Positions 18,939 through 28,981 are shown, numbered from the stretch's first letter. The stretch is 64,000 nucleotides of DNA from Holophagales bacterium (GCA_009836625.1 VXVC01000012.1:482847-546846), one strand, 5' to 3'. Notes: a model not told the origin generated them from the sequence alone. Program-made: numbers and translations.

Positions 18939-21125
18939 TTGCGCATGTCGAATCTGACTTCCGCCTCGATCACGCGAACATCGGCTCGCCTCGTGAGCGG
19001 CCGCTTCCTCCCCGCCTCCGCGTTCGCTCTGGCGGTTACCGCTTCGGCGGCGTTTGCTGTCGCGTCGGTGGCCGACGACGCCGAGGGTACCGAGCCGGTC
19101 GAGGACCCCGCCCTGGCCGAGACGATCGTCGTCACCGCCTCCCGCGCCGAACAGGAACTGGGCCAGGTGACGTCCAGCGTGTCCGTGCTCTCCGGCGAGG
19201 AACTCCGGGCCAGCGCTTCCCTGGCGCTCGACGACACGATGCGCCGGGTGCCTGGCTTCAGCCTGTTCCGCCGCAACAGCTCGATGGTCGCTCATCCGAC
19301 CAGCCAGGGCGTCTCGCTTCGCGGGATCGGACCGAGCGGCGTCAGCCGCACGCTGGTACTGCTCGACGGCCTGCCGCTCAACGATCCGTTCGGAGGCTGG
19401 ATCTACTGGGGACGCGTCGGGCGCGAGAGCCTGGACCGGATCGAGGTCGTGCGCGGCGGCGGTTCGAGTCTCTGGGGCAACTCCGCCCTGGGCGGCGTGA
19501 TCCATCTGGTCACCGCGACCCCGTCGGAATCGGGACCCGGGTTGAGCCTCTCGGCGCTGGCCGGCGACCACGGCGTGCTCTCGGGCGACGCCTGGTTCGG
19601 GCAGGGATTCGAGAGCGCTTCGTTGACCCTGTCGGCGAGGAGCTTCGACATGGACGGCTACCCGGTCGTGCGGGATGACCAGCGCGGGCCGATCGACGTC
19701 GACGCGTTCTCCGAGCAGACCAGCGTCGGCGGCCGGCTGACGTTCTCTCCCGGCGAGTCGGTGCAGATTGCGATCGGCGGCGACAACCTCTCCGAGGACC
19801 GCGGCAACGGCACGCCGCTCACCGGCAACGACACGGACCTGACCTCCTTCCGTTTCAGCGCGGACGTAGTGAGCGGCCGGGGCGATACCTGGACGGTCCG
19901 CGGCTTCACCCACGAGCAGGAGTTCGCCAGCCGGTTCAGCGCCCAGCAGGTCGACCGGTCGTCCGAGCGGCCGGCCCTCGACCAGTTCCTGGTCGACTCC
20001 GAGGCCACTGGCCTCGGTGCGCAGTGGGAGGGCGAAGTCGGATCCGGCCTGTGGGTCGCCGGCGCCGAGTGGCGGAGCGTCGACGGCGCGACGAACGAGG
20101 ACTTCTTCTACACGACGCAGTTCAACCGTCGCCGCATGGCCGGCGGCGACCAGTCGATTACCGGCGCATACGTCCAGCGACGGGCCGACTTCGGCGATCG
20201 CCTGACGCTCGAAATCGGAGCTCGCATCGACCGTTGGCAGACGGGATCCGGCAGCCGGCTCGAGATCAACAAGGCCGACGGCTCGATTCGCCGCGATGAC
20301 ATGTTCGAGGACCGGGAAGAGACGGCGGCGTCGCCGCGGATCGGCTTCCTCTACGCCCTCGACCTGGGCTGGAGCCTGCGCGGTTCGGTGTACGGGTCGT
20401 TCCGGGCGCCGACCGTCAACGAGCTGTACCGGCCCTTCCGGGTTCGCAACGACATCACCGAGGCGAACGAGGCGCTCGAGCCGGAGCGGCTCTCCGGCAT
20501 CGAGTTCGGCTCCGTGCGCTACCAGGGCGGCTCGCGGCTGTCGCTGAACGCCTTTCTCAACAGGGTCGAGAACCCGATCGCCAACGTGACGCTCGCCTCG
20601 ATTCCGAGCAGCCGCTTCTTCGCGCCCTGCGGCTTCGTGCCAGGCGGCGGATCCTGCCGGCAGCGGCTCAACCTGGACCGCACCCGCATCCAGGGCCTCG
20701 AGGCGGAGCTTCGCCAGCGGCTCGGCGAGGACTGGCGGCTCGATGTCTCCTACCTCTACAGCAATGCGGAAGTCGACAGCGCCGCCGAGTTCCCGGAACT
20801 CGAGGGGAAGCGGCTGGCGCAGACGCCCGAGCAGTCGGCGAGCCTCGGCCTCGAATACTCGAACCCCGAGGTCCTCCAGGCGCGTCTCGGACTTCGGTTC
20901 GTCGGCGAGCAGTACGAGGACGATCTGAACACGAGGCCGCTGTCCAGTTTCGCCGTCGTGGACCTGAGCGCAGCCCGTGCGCTCAGTGACCGTTGGCATG
21001 TCTTCGCCGGTCTCGAGAACCTGCTCGGCGAGGAAGTGCAGGTCGGTATCTCCGGTACCGGGCTGGTCACGATCGGCGCCCCCCGCATGGTGCATGTCGG
21101 AGTGCGCCACGTTCTGAACCCCTGA
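18939..21125 (+). CDS. TonB-dependent outer-membrane receptor
   Basis: Signal peptide, a TonB-box-like ETIVVTAS, a plug domain (RVPGFSLFRRNSSM...SLRGIGPSGVSRTLVLLDGLPLND), a long beta-barrel and a C-terminal aromatic terminus. Confidence 0.9.
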   Translation: MRMSNLTSASITRTSARLVSGRFLPASAFALAVTASAAFAVASVADDAEGTEPVEDPALAETIVVTASRAEQELGQVTSSVSVLSGEELRASASLALDDTMRRVPGFSLFRRNSSMVAHPTSQGVSLRGIGPSGVSRTLVLLDGLPLNDPFGGWIYWGRVGRESLDRIEVVRGGGSSLWGNSALGGVIHLVTATPSESGPGLSLSALAGDHGVLSGDAWFGQGFESASLTLSARSFDMDGYPVVRDDQRGPIDVDAFSEQTSVGGRLTFSPGESVQIAIGGDNLSEDRGNGTPLTGNDTDLTSFRFSADVVSGRGDTWTVRGFTHEQEFASRFSAQQVDRSSERPALDQFLVDSEATGLGAQWEGEVGSGLWVAGAEWRSVDGATNEDFFYTTQFNRRRMAGGDQSITGAYVQRRADFGDRLTLEIGARIDRWQTGSGSRLEINKADGSIRRDDMFEDREETAASPRIGFLYALDLGWSLRGSVYGSFRAPTVNELYRPFRVRNDITEANEALEPERLSGIEFGSVRYQGGSRLSLNAFLNRVENPIANVTLASIPSSRFFAPCGFVPGGGSCRQRLNLDRTRIQGLEAELRQRLGEDWRLDVSYLYSNAEVDSAAEFPELEGKRLAQTPEQSASLGLEYSNPEVLQARLGLRFVGEQYEDDLNTRPLSSFAVVDLSAARALSDRWHVFAGLENLLGEEVQVGISGTGLVTIGAPRMVHVGVRHVLNP

Positions 21126-21141
21126 ACCGAAAGGGGCAGCT

Positions 21142-22887
21142 TTGGCGAAGCGAGTCACAGCCGAGACCCTCTCCCGCCGCCAGCGGGAGATCTCGGTATC
21201 GGAGTTCTTCGCCAAGAACCGGCACCTGCTCGGCTTCGATTCGCTCCGCAAGGCGCTGCTGACGACCGTCAAGGAGGCGGTCGACAACTCGCTCGACGCC
21301 TGCGAGGAGGCGGGCATCCTGCCCGAGATCTGGGTCGAGCTCGAAGCGGCCGAAGGAAACAACCGGTACGTCGTGCGTGTGACCGACAACGGCCCGGGGA
21401 TCGTCGAAACGCAAGCGCCGCGGATCTTCGGGCAACTGCTCTACGGGTCGAAGTTCCACAGCCTGAAGCAGAGCCGCGGCCAGCAGGGGATCGGCATCTC
21501 GGCGGCTGCGATGTACGGCCAGTTGACGACCGGCAAGCCGGTGTCGATCGTGTCGCGCACCGGCCCCCGTTCGCCCGCCTATGCGATGCAGGTCGTCATC
21601 GACACGAACACGAACAAGCCGAAGGCGGTCGGGAAGAAGAAGCTCGACGACTGGGATCTCGATCACGGTACCCGGGTCGAGCTGGAACTCGAGGCGCAGT
21701 ACATGAAGGGCCGCCAGTCGGTCGAGGAGTTCCTGCACCAGGTGGCCGTGGCGAACCCCCACGCAACGTTGCACTACAGGGATCCGCACGGCGAAGAAAC
21801 GGACTACGTCCGGGGCGTCCAGTCGAACCCGGCGGCGCCGAGCGAGATCAAGCCGCATCCGCACGGCGTCGAACTCGGCGTGCTGATGAAGATGCTGCAG
21901 TCGACCCAGCACGCGACGATCAGCCAGTGCCTGTCCCGGGACTTCAGCCGGGTGTCGCCGCAGATGGCGGTGGGCCTCGCCAAACGGGCCGGGATCGATC
22001 CGAAGGCGCGTCCGAACACGGTCGTGCGCAAGGCCGCCGACCAGCTCTACCAGGCGCTGAACGACTCCGCGACCCGCATCCGGCCGCCGTCGACCGACTG
22101 CCTGTCGCCGATCGGCGTGCAGGAGTTGCTGGCCGGCCTGACCCGGGGCATCCGGGCGGAGTTCTACGGGGTCGAGACGCGCCGGCCGGCGGTTTACCGC
22201 GGCAATCCGTTCCAGGTCGAGGTCGGCCTGGCCTGGGGCGGCGACTTGCCCGCGGACGACTTGGCCAAGGTGCTCCGGTTCGCGAACCGCGTTCCGCTGC
22301 AGTACCTCGCCGGCTCCTGCTGCATCACCAAGGCCGTGATGGACGTCTCCTGGCGCAACTACGGCCTGACCCAGTCGCGCGGCGCGCTGCCGTCGGGTCC
22401 GCTGATCGTGCTGGTGCATCTCGCCTCGGTGTGGGTTCCCTTCAGCTCCGAGAGCAAGGTCGCGGTCGCGGACTACGACGAGATCCGCAAGGAGATCAAG
22501 CTCGCCGTGCAGACCTGCGGGCGCCGCCTCGGCCAGTACGTCAAGCGCAAGGCGCGAGCGAAGAGCGAGGCGCGTCGCCGGGAGGTGTTCAACCTCTATA
22601 TCGAGGAGGTCGTCAACTCGGTGGAGGCGATCACCGGCAAGGACCAGAAGCTGTTCCGCGACCGGCTGCTCGCGATCAGCCGAAAGAAGACGGAGCTGGC
22701 GGGAATGCTCGAGGAGCAGGAGGCCTCCAGCGACGAGCTGGAAGCCTGCGAGAACGTCCTCGTCGTCGATCCGAACGCCGGACCGCCTGTTGCCGAAGAC
22801 GCCGAAGCGGCGGCCGCTGAGCACTTGCCGCCGCCGCTTCCCGTGGAGGCCGAGCGTGATCCCGGGTCGCAGTTGGAGCTGGTATGA
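21142..22887 (+). CDS. top6B: DNA topoisomerase VI subunit B
   Basis: TTG start 6 nt after an AAGGGG RBS. Bergerat/GHKL ATPase blocks SVSEFFAKNRHLLGFDS, TTVKEAVDNSLDA, VTDNGPGI. Also IKPHPHGV, CLSPIGVQEL, YRGNPFQVEVGLAWGG, LRFANRVPLQY...WRNYG. These are colinear with archaeal Top6B including the transducer domain. Confidence 0.9.
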   Translation: MAKRVTAETLSRRQREISVSEFFAKNRHLLGFDSLRKALLTTVKEAVDNSLDACEEAGILPEIWVELEAAEGNNRYVVRVTDNGPGIVETQAPRIFGQLLYGSKFHSLKQSRGQQGIGISAAAMYGQLTTGKPVSIVSRTGPRSPAYAMQVVIDTNTNKPKAVGKKKLDDWDLDHGTRVELELEAQYMKGRQSVEEFLHQVAVANPHATLHYRDPHGEETDYVRGVQSNPAAPSEIKPHPHGVELGVLMKMLQSTQHATISQCLSRDFSRVSPQMAVGLAKRAGIDPKARPNTVVRKAADQLYQALNDSATRIRPPSTDCLSPIGVQELLAGLTRGIRAEFYGVETRRPAVYRGNPFQVEVGLAWGGDLPADDLAKVLRFANRVPLQYLAGSCCITKAVMDVSWRNYGLTQSRGALPSGPLIVLVHLASVWVPFSSESKVAVADYDEIRKEIKLAVQTCGRRLGQYVKRKARAKSEARRREVFNLYIEEVVNSVEAITGKDQKLFRDRLLAISRKKTELAGMLEEQEASSDELEACENVLVVDPNAGPPVAEDAEAAAAEHLPPPLPVEAERDPGSQLELV

Positions 22888-23993
22888 CGGCTGACCGGCT
22901 GAAGATCCCGGCCAGCCTCGACGCGAAGGCCAAGATCGAGCACCTGGCGAAGAAGACGATCGCGATGGCGCGCCGCGAGGTCGATCCCTACGTCGACATC
23001 CCGTCGCGCACGCTCTCGAACGTCACCTTCTCGAAGCGCAAGAAGATCATCGAGATGGGCGACGCGACCCAGCGCCGGTCGCTCTTCAACCTGAACCAGG
23101 CGCGCAAGTACATGCAGACGCTACTGGTCGCCCGCGGCTGCTCCCAGCTCCTGGACGAGCAGAAGACGACGAGCATCCGCGACCTCTACTACATGAGCAA
23201 GCACACCCTGGCCGACGGCAAGGAGAACACCTTCGATGGCCAGGAGGAATCGGACCCGATCATCGAGGACCTGGAGGTCACTCTGGGCGCCCTGCGCGAG
23301 GAACTCCACCTGTTCGCGGCCAAGCGCGGCTCGGTCGTCGGCCCGTTGACGCTGGTCGACGCCGGCGACGTGATCGACCTGTCCCGTATGGGCTCAGGGG
23401 GATGGTCGGTTCCCGGGATCGTCGAGCCGGAGACGATCCGCTTCGTCGGCCACGGCGCCAGGTTCATCCTGCTGGTGGAGAAGGAAGCGGTCTGGGCGCG
23501 GCTCAACGAGGACAAGTTCTGGAAGCGGCACAACTGCATCCTCGTTACTGGCCAGGGACAGCCGCCGCGGGGCGTGCGGCGTCTCCTCTACCGGATGGTC
23601 CACGAGCTGGAGCTGCCGCTCTACGTCTTCGTCGACAACGACCCCTGGGGCTACTACATCCACTCCGTCGTCAAACAGGGCTCCATCGGCCTCGCCTTCG
23701 AATCCAGGCGGATGGCGGTGCCCAAGGCCCGCTTCATCGGTCTTTCCAGCTTCGACCCCGCCGCGTACGACCTCTCCGAAGACGTCAGCATCCGCCTGAA
23801 CGACCAGGACCGCTCCCGCGCGAAGGAGATCCTGAACTACGAGTGGTTCAAGGCCAGGGCCTGGCAGAAGGAGATCAAGAACATGCTCAGCGCCGGCGTC
23901 AAGTGGGAACTCGAAGCCCTCTCGAGCAAGGGCCTCTCCTTCGTCACCGAGGAGTTCCTGCCGAAGAAGATCGCCGACCGCGACTGGATCTAG
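22884..23993 (+). CDS. top6A: DNA topoisomerase VI subunit A (Spo11-like)
   Basis: ATG overlaps the top6B stop (ATGA). Winged-helix/CAP region with SIRDLYY (catalytic Tyr context). Toprim Glu (LVEKEAVW) and DxD (VFVDNDPWGYY). Archaeal-typical 369 aa. Confidence 0.88.
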   Translation: MTADRLKIPASLDAKAKIEHLAKKTIAMARREVDPYVDIPSRTLSNVTFSKRKKIIEMGDATQRRSLFNLNQARKYMQTLLVARGCSQLLDEQKTTSIRDLYYMSKHTLADGKENTFDGQEESDPIIEDLEVTLGALREELHLFAAKRGSVVGPLTLVDAGDVIDLSRMGSGGWSVPGIVEPETIRFVGHGARFILLVEKEAVWARLNEDKFWKRHNCILVTGQGQPPRGVRRLLYRMVHELELPLYVFVDNDPWGYYIHSVVKQGSIGLAFESRRMAVPKARFIGLSSFDPAAYDLSEDVSIRLNDQDRSRAKEILNYEWFKARAWQKEIKNMLSAGVKWELEALSSKGLSFVTEEFLPKKIADRDWI

Positions 23994-24000
23994 CGCCTCC

Positions 24001-25065
24001 TTACCACTCGCCCAACTCGACCTCCGGCGTTTTCGGCAACTCCTCCGCAAGCAGCCAGCGGGCGAAGAGAACGCCCTCGTTGTAGCCGGCGGTGCTGATC
24101 CAGTTCTTCGGCGCCTCCCGGTGGCTCAGGTAGATGACGTAGCTGCCGTCCGGCTCGGCGACGGCGGTCTGCTTGTTGACGCACACCTGGAAGTCGTTGT
24201 AGTTCGTCGACTGCATCAGGTAGTTCCACGTCTGGAGACCCCAGTAGCACGCTTCCGGTGACCGGAAACGCACCTTGAGGTACTCGTGCTCCTGCAGCCG
24301 GAAGCGGCAGAAGCAGTAGATGTTGTCGACCGTCCCCCAACCGCCCTGCTCCGGGTCGAACTCCCACGGATCGCAGAACTCGTTGAACGGGAGGTGGACC
24401 GGCAGCGGCGCGATCCACGTCGTGCACATGAAGAACATCGCCATGCTGCGGATTCGCCGTGCCAGCTCGACGTCGTCGAGCGGCAGCGCGGGTGGCTGCG
24501 GCGAGGCGTTCTCGATGCTGAGAATGCTCTCCCGCGCCGTCGCGCGGTCGAGGAAGTACTCGCGCGTGAAGAGCGACACCGAGTCGGGGTCGATCTGGAA
24601 CTCGTTCGGCCCCTTCGGATCGGGCGTCAGCTTGATCTCGAACGACCCGTCGTCGTCGAAGGCGATGTCGCGGTGGTTGACGTTCAATGTCACCCGGTCC
24701 GCCAGCTCGCCGTTCGGATCGCCGCCGTAGAGGCAGAAGCTCAGGTAGCAACTGCCGAAGTGCCGCCCCCGGATGACGTACTCCTGGTCGCCGCGGACCT
24801 GCGAGAAGTAGTAGACCGCGTCCACGTTGTCCCCGTAGAGCTTGCGGGTCCCGTCGGTGAGCCGCATGAGCCGTGGCCGCAGGGGGTCGTTGTGGAGGTA
24901 GAAGTCGATCGTTACCTGCATCAGGTGGAACAGGTGCTGGTAGCCGTCCACGTGGCCCTGGTGGTCGAGTTCTTTCTCGGGGTCGAGGAACGTCTGCTCG
25001 GCGTTGCGGATCACGTCCAGAAACTCGTGCAGCGCCTGCCGACTCTCGAAGTCGCTGTCGCTCAT
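24001..25065 (-). CDS. Conserved hypothetical cytoplasmic protein (possibly DUF1214-like), translationally coupled to the sulfotransferase
   Basis: 354-aa ORF, Cys/Trp-rich, no signal peptide. Its ATG overlaps the stop of the upstream sulfotransferase gene (ATGA). Family not confidently recognised. Confidence 0.55.
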   Translation of the reverse strand: MSDSDFESRQALHEFLDVIRNAEQTFLDPEKELDHQGHVDGYQHLFHLMQVTIDFYLHNDPLRPRLMRLTDGTRKLYGDNVDAVYYFSQVRGDQEYVIRGRHFGSCYLSFCLYGGDPNGELADRVTLNVNHRDIAFDDDGSFEIKLTPDPKGPNEFQIDPDSVSLFTREYFLDRATARESILSIENASPQPPALPLDDVELARRIRSMAMFFMCTTWIAPLPVHLPFNEFCDPWEFDPEQGGWGTVDNIYCFCRFRLQEHEYLKVRFRSPEACYWGLQTWNYLMQSTNYNDFQVCVNKQTAVAEPDGSYVIYLSHREAPKNWISTAGYNEGVLFARWLLAEELPKTPEVELGEW

Positions 25066-26303
25066 CGCTGTGTCTCCAGGAAGTTGAGATAGTGGGCGTA
25101 CTCGTTCTCGATCTCGGCCCGTGTCGTGCCCATCTGGTCCAGCGAGTACTCGTGGACGCCGTGCTTTCCCCGGCGCTCCTGCTGCAGGAATCGCTCCATG
25201 CGGAGCCGGTCCTCCGGCCGGAGGTCCCAGCCGAAGCGGGCATAGATCACGTCGACGACCGACATCTGGTCCTTGACGAAGTCGTCGAAGAACACGTCGA
25301 CCATCTGTTCCTCGCGGTCGAGCTCCCGGCGGTCTCGCAGGAACCGGGCGAAGTAGTCGGCCCAGGTCAGGAGTTGCTCACGCGCCGTTCGCGGCGTGTC
25401 CTCGTGGTCCGAGTAGAACGACCGCATCGACGAGATCAGGCTCCCGACCGAGGGCACCACGTCGGCCGGGTGGCGATGGGTCACGATGACCCGGGCATCG
25501 GGATAGACCTCGAAGAGAGCCCGCAGCCGCATCAGGTGGACGGGCGACTTCAGCAGCCAGCGACGGGCGGGAACGCCGCCCGACTGCAGGAACTGCAGGA
25601 AGCGCCGGTGCCAGCGCAGGTTCTGCGCCTGGTCGGCCTTCGCGAACCAGTCGAGGTACTCGGGCAGCCAGGCCATGGCGACGTACTGGAAGCTCGTGAA
25701 GTTGAGCGCCGTGATGCCGATGCACTCCTGCGGCGAGTCGGCCGTCATGTAGTGCTTGCGGCGGAAGTCGGGCACGAGCCGGAAGATCTGGTCGAACTCC
25801 TTGCGCACCGTCTCGATGCGCTCGTTGTCCCGGTAGTCGTCCGGATTCGGCGCCGGGTGGGGCAGGAGGCACTCCCAGGACAGCGGCGCCCGGTGGTTTC
25901 GGTCCAGGTGCAGCAGAGCGTGGAGGATCGTCGTCCCGCTCCGCGGCATGCCGACGATGAAGACCGGCGCGCGGACCTCTTCGTCGCCGATCTCGGGGTG
26001 TTCCGAGAGCGCTCGCTCGACTTGGGAGCGCGAGTCGGCCGAACGTTGCACCGTGCCGCGCGCGGCCAGCCGACCGAACGTGCTCAGCCGCGCGTGCGTC
26101 TCGAGCCCGTGCACGAGGCGCTCGACGCCGTCGCGGAATATCGGATCGCGCACCTCGAACCCGCTGGCCCGACGCGCGTTCTCCAGAATCCGCTCGGGCG
26201 TCAGCCTGAAGGGCGTCAGTCCGCAGTGGCCGGCAACCGCTCCGACACGGTTGACGGCCTTGAGCGCGACCGGCTGCCGGATCCGGATCGAAGGGTTCGC
26301 CAA
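25062..26303 (-). CDS. Sulfotransferase-family protein (PAPS-dependent)
   Basis: 5'-PSB motif FIVGMPRSGTTILHALL and a 3'-PB-like THRHPADVVPS. 413 aa. Confidence 0.8.
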   Translation of the reverse strand: MANPSIRIRQPVALKAVNRVGAVAGHCGLTPFRLTPERILENARRASGFEVRDPIFRDGVERLVHGLETHARLSTFGRLAARGTVQRSADSRSQVERALSEHPEIGDEEVRAPVFIVGMPRSGTTILHALLHLDRNHRAPLSWECLLPHPAPNPDDYRDNERIETVRKEFDQIFRLVPDFRRKHYMTADSPQECIGITALNFTSFQYVAMAWLPEYLDWFAKADQAQNLRWHRRFLQFLQSGGVPARRWLLKSPVHLMRLRALFEVYPDARVIVTHRHPADVVPSVGSLISSMRSFYSDHEDTPRTAREQLLTWADYFARFLRDRRELDREEQMVDVFFDDFVKDQMSVVDVIYARFGWDLRPEDRLRMERFLQQERRGKHGVHEYSLDQMGTTRAEIENEYAHYLNFLETQR

Positions 26304-26305
26304 GC

Positions 26306-26608
26306 TCAGGTCAGCTTCTTCAGCTTGGCGGCAATCGACATGTCGCCCTTGACCTTGATCTTCCCCGACGCGACGGCCATGAACGGCTTGATCTCCTTGC
26401 GCTGCAGCTTGCCGAAGGTGTCGAGCGACATCCGGACCGTGCAGTCCGTCTCGACCTCCTGGCCCGACACCTTCGAGACGACGTTCGCCTCACCCGTCCC
26501 GTCGATCAGCATCTGCTCCTCGTCCAGCAGGAACAGCAGCCTCTTCCCAAGGGGATCGATACCCCCCGCCTTTACGGCCATGTCGGCAACGAACTCGTCG
26601 ATCGTCAT
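26306..26608 (-). CDS. SCP2 sterol/lipid-carrier domain protein
   Basis: About 100 aa: MTIDEFVADMAVKAGGIDPLGKRLLFLLDEEQMLIDGTGEANVVSKVSG...KGDMSIAAKLKKLT, typical of standalone SCP2. It is the C-terminal end of a 601-aa track ORF whose remainder is an alternative-frame artefact. Confidence 0.75.
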   Translation of the reverse strand: MTIDEFVADMAVKAGGIDPLGKRLLFLLDEEQMLIDGTGEANVVSKVSGQEVETDCTVRMSLDTFGKLQRKEIKPFMAVASGKIKVKGDMSIAAKLKKLT

Positions 26609-26667
26609 CACAAGCTCCTGGTCGTGGAACCCGCGAACCCTAACCCACGCTGAGCCGGCGCCGCTGG

Positions 26668-28122
26668 CTAGTTCAGCGCTGCGGCCGCAGCAGGAAACGC
26701 CTTCAGCACCTCCCGTGTCATGTCCCAGCGGTCGAAGCCCTGGCGCCCCCAGTCGAGGCCGCGGCGGACGATGACGAGGTCGTGGGAGGGGACGATGACG
26801 ACGTACTGGCCGCGGTTGCCGGCGGTGGAGTAGGCGTCTTTGGGGACGTCCCTGCGTTCGTCGGGGACGAGCCAGAACTGGCCGCCGTAGAAGTTGCCGC
26901 GGTTGGCTGTCGAGGGGGCCGGGGTGCGGACGAAGTCGATCCACTCCTCGGAGATGAGGCGTTTGCCGTTCCAGACGCCGTTCTGGAGATAGAGAAGACC
27001 GAAGCGGGCAAGGTCGCGGGTGCTGGTGTAGACCTGACTGCTGAGGATGAAGTCGCCGAAGCGGTCGGTGCTGAGCAGGGTGTTCCGCATGCCGATTCGG
27101 TCGAGCAGGCGCTTGCGCGGGAACTCGTGGTACTTCTTCTCGCTGCCGAGGGCGCGCTTCATCGCGTAGACGGCGAGCAGGGTGTCGTAGTTCTCGTAGT
27201 CCCAGTTGGCGCCCGGCTCGCGGATCAGGGCGCGGCGGCGTGCGCCTTCGACGGAGCTGGCGCCGGCCCAGTAGGACAGGCCGGAGCCGACGGCGTACTC
27301 CTGCCCGCCGTTGTCCACCGTCTGCAGGCCGCTCGACATGTTCAGCGCGTGACGCAGGGTGGTCGCGGAGCGCGGGTCGGTCTCCGCCGCGGCGGCTTCC
27401 TTGGGAAGGAAGTCGAAGCCGAGCGGCTCGTCGAGAGCCAGCTTGCCGTCGTCGACCAGCATGCCGATCAGCGTCGAGGCGATGCTCTTCGCCGTCGACC
27501 AGGTGCGCGTGCGCGTCGTCATGTCGACGCCGTCGGCGTAGCGTTCGTGGACGATCCGGCCGCGATGGACGACGAGCAGGCTCAGCGTGACCTGCTGGGG
27601 TGACTCGCGGTCGAAAGCCCAGTCGGAGGCGGCCTGGAGCGCGGTCGCGTCGACATCGGACGGCGGTGAGATCGGACCGGTCTTGTCTCCGTTGGGCCAG
27701 GGGATCTTCGCCGCATCGCCGGCCGGTGGCGGCATCTCGATGGCGGGCAGGCTGTCTATGTCCTCCAGTGTCTGATCGGGCGCCAGGACGACGCAGCCGA
27801 TTCCCTCGCGGAAGGCGGCCCGCATCTTCGGCACGCCGTGGCCCGATCCGATCGTCACGGCTCTGCGTTCCCAATCGACTTCGTAGTCGCCGCCTTCCGC
27901 GGTTCCGACCGGTTCCGGCAGGTAGGCGAGTTCCTGCGCGAACACCTGCTCGAGGGTCCGGTTGGACGTGAACAGCCCGTTGCACATGAAGATCGCCTGC
28001 TGGCCCAGGCGGACCATCTGCCGCTGCGGTTGCCAGTAGTCGTAGGTTTCCTCCTGCTGGGCGGCGGCGGGGAGAGCAGTCAGCAGGATGGAGGTGGCCA
28101 GAGCGGGACACCAGGACTTCAT
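26668..28122 (-). CDS. Secreted beta-lactamase-fold serine hydrolase (class C / esterase family)
   Basis: Signal peptide, SxxK nucleophile motif (WSTAKS), 484 aa. Confidence 0.8.
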   Translation of the reverse strand: MKSWCPALATSILLTALPAAAQQEETYDYWQPQRQMVRLGQQAIFMCNGLFTSNRTLEQVFAQELAYLPEPVGTAEGGDYEVDWERRAVTIGSGHGVPKMRAAFREGIGCVVLAPDQTLEDIDSLPAIEMPPPAGDAAKIPWPNGDKTGPISPPSDVDATALQAASDWAFDRESPQQVTLSLLVVHRGRIVHERYADGVDMTTRTRTWSTAKSIASTLIGMLVDDGKLALDEPLGFDFLPKEAAAAETDPRSATTLRHALNMSSGLQTVDNGGQEYAVGSGLSYWAGASSVEGARRRALIREPGANWDYENYDTLLAVYAMKRALGSEKKYHEFPRKRLLDRIGMRNTLLSTDRFGDFILSSQVYTSTRDLARFGLLYLQNGVWNGKRLISEEWIDFVRTPAPSTANRGNFYGGQFWLVPDERRDVPKDAYSTAGNRGQYVVIVPSHDLVIVRRGLDWGRQGFDRWDMTREVLKAFPAAAAALN

Positions 28123-28138
28123 GGGTTGCGATCCTCCT

Positions 28139-28975
28139 TCAGCTCAAAGTAGCAGCACCGTCGCGAGCGCCAAGCCAGTACAGGTTCTGCCGGCCCCCGG
28201 GTCCGTCGGAGCGGTAGCGGGCGACTTCGGTCAACGGGAAGCCTTCGACCAGACGATCGAGTTCCGGTTCGCCGGCGTGGTGGCAGTAGCGGCGGGCCTG
28301 GTGCGCGGGTCTTCCGACCCGCTGCCGCCGGAGGCGGCGGGAGGATCGTCGCCGGCTTTGCCGGCGGCCTTCGGTGTCGGCCGGCCCCCAGCGGAGCAGG
28401 TGATCTCCGGGCTCGAGTTCCGCAGGGTCGACGCCGGCTTCCGAGGCCCAATCGAGCCGGCGGCGCTCGAAGCCGGGGTCGTCCGCGAACTGCCAGCAGG
28501 TGAGGGCGAGGAGGCCGCCGGGCGCCACGGCTGATGCGGCGCGTTCGAGGGTGCGGCGGCGCATGTCGAAGCCCGGGATGTGGTGGAGGACGCCGAAGAG
28601 GGTGACGAGGTCGTAGGTCGCTTCGGCGAGGGTGCAGTTCTCGATGTCGTTGGCCTCGAAGCGGATGTGGTCGAGGCCGGCGGCGGCCGCTCGGGCGTGG
28701 TCGATCAGCTCGCTGCTGAGGTCGATGCCCTGGTAGGTGAAGCGTCGGTCGCTGAGCAGTTCGGGGTTGTGCTGCAGGAACAGGGCGAAGCGGCCGTTCC
28801 CGCAGCCGAGGTCGAGGACACGTAGGGGGCGGTCCGTGGCCGGTGCCGCGGTTTCGACAACCCGCTGCCAGCCCGGCCAGCCGCCCGGGTGGCGGGTACG
28901 GTCGAAGTCGGCCGCGTGGCGGCTGTAGAAGTTGCGGTTGATCCGGCGGAGGGCGGCTTGCGTGAAGGCGTCCAA
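28139..28975 (-). CDS. Class I SAM-dependent methyltransferase
   Basis: SAM motif I VLDLGCGNGR and motif II/III spacing. The C-terminal third is Arg-rich, so a frameshift or mis-assigned end is possible. Confidence 0.65.
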   Translation of the reverse strand: MDAFTQAALRRINRNFYSRHAADFDRTRHPGGWPGWQRVVETAAPATDRPLRVLDLGCGNGRFALFLQHNPELLSDRRFTYQGIDLSSELIDHARAAAAGLDHIRFEANDIENCTLAEATYDLVTLFGVLHHIPGFDMRRRTLERAASAVAPGGLLALTCWQFADDPGFERRRLDWASEAGVDPAELEPGDHLLRWGPADTEGRRQSRRRSSRRLRRQRVGRPAHQARRYCHHAGEPELDRLVEGFPLTEVARYRSDGPGGRQNLYWLGARDGAATLS

Positions 28976-28981
28976 CCGGCT

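Noticed and set aside
18885-21389. 834-aa minus-strand ORF
   Set aside because: Antisense shadow of the TonB-dependent receptor gene.
21067-22824. 585-aa minus-strand ORF
   Set aside because: Antisense shadow of top6B.
26306-28111. 601-aa minus-strand ORF
   Set aside because: Only the C-terminal about 100 aa (the SCP2 protein, 26306-26608) is credible. The remainder overlaps the beta-lactamase-fold hydrolase gene in a different frame.
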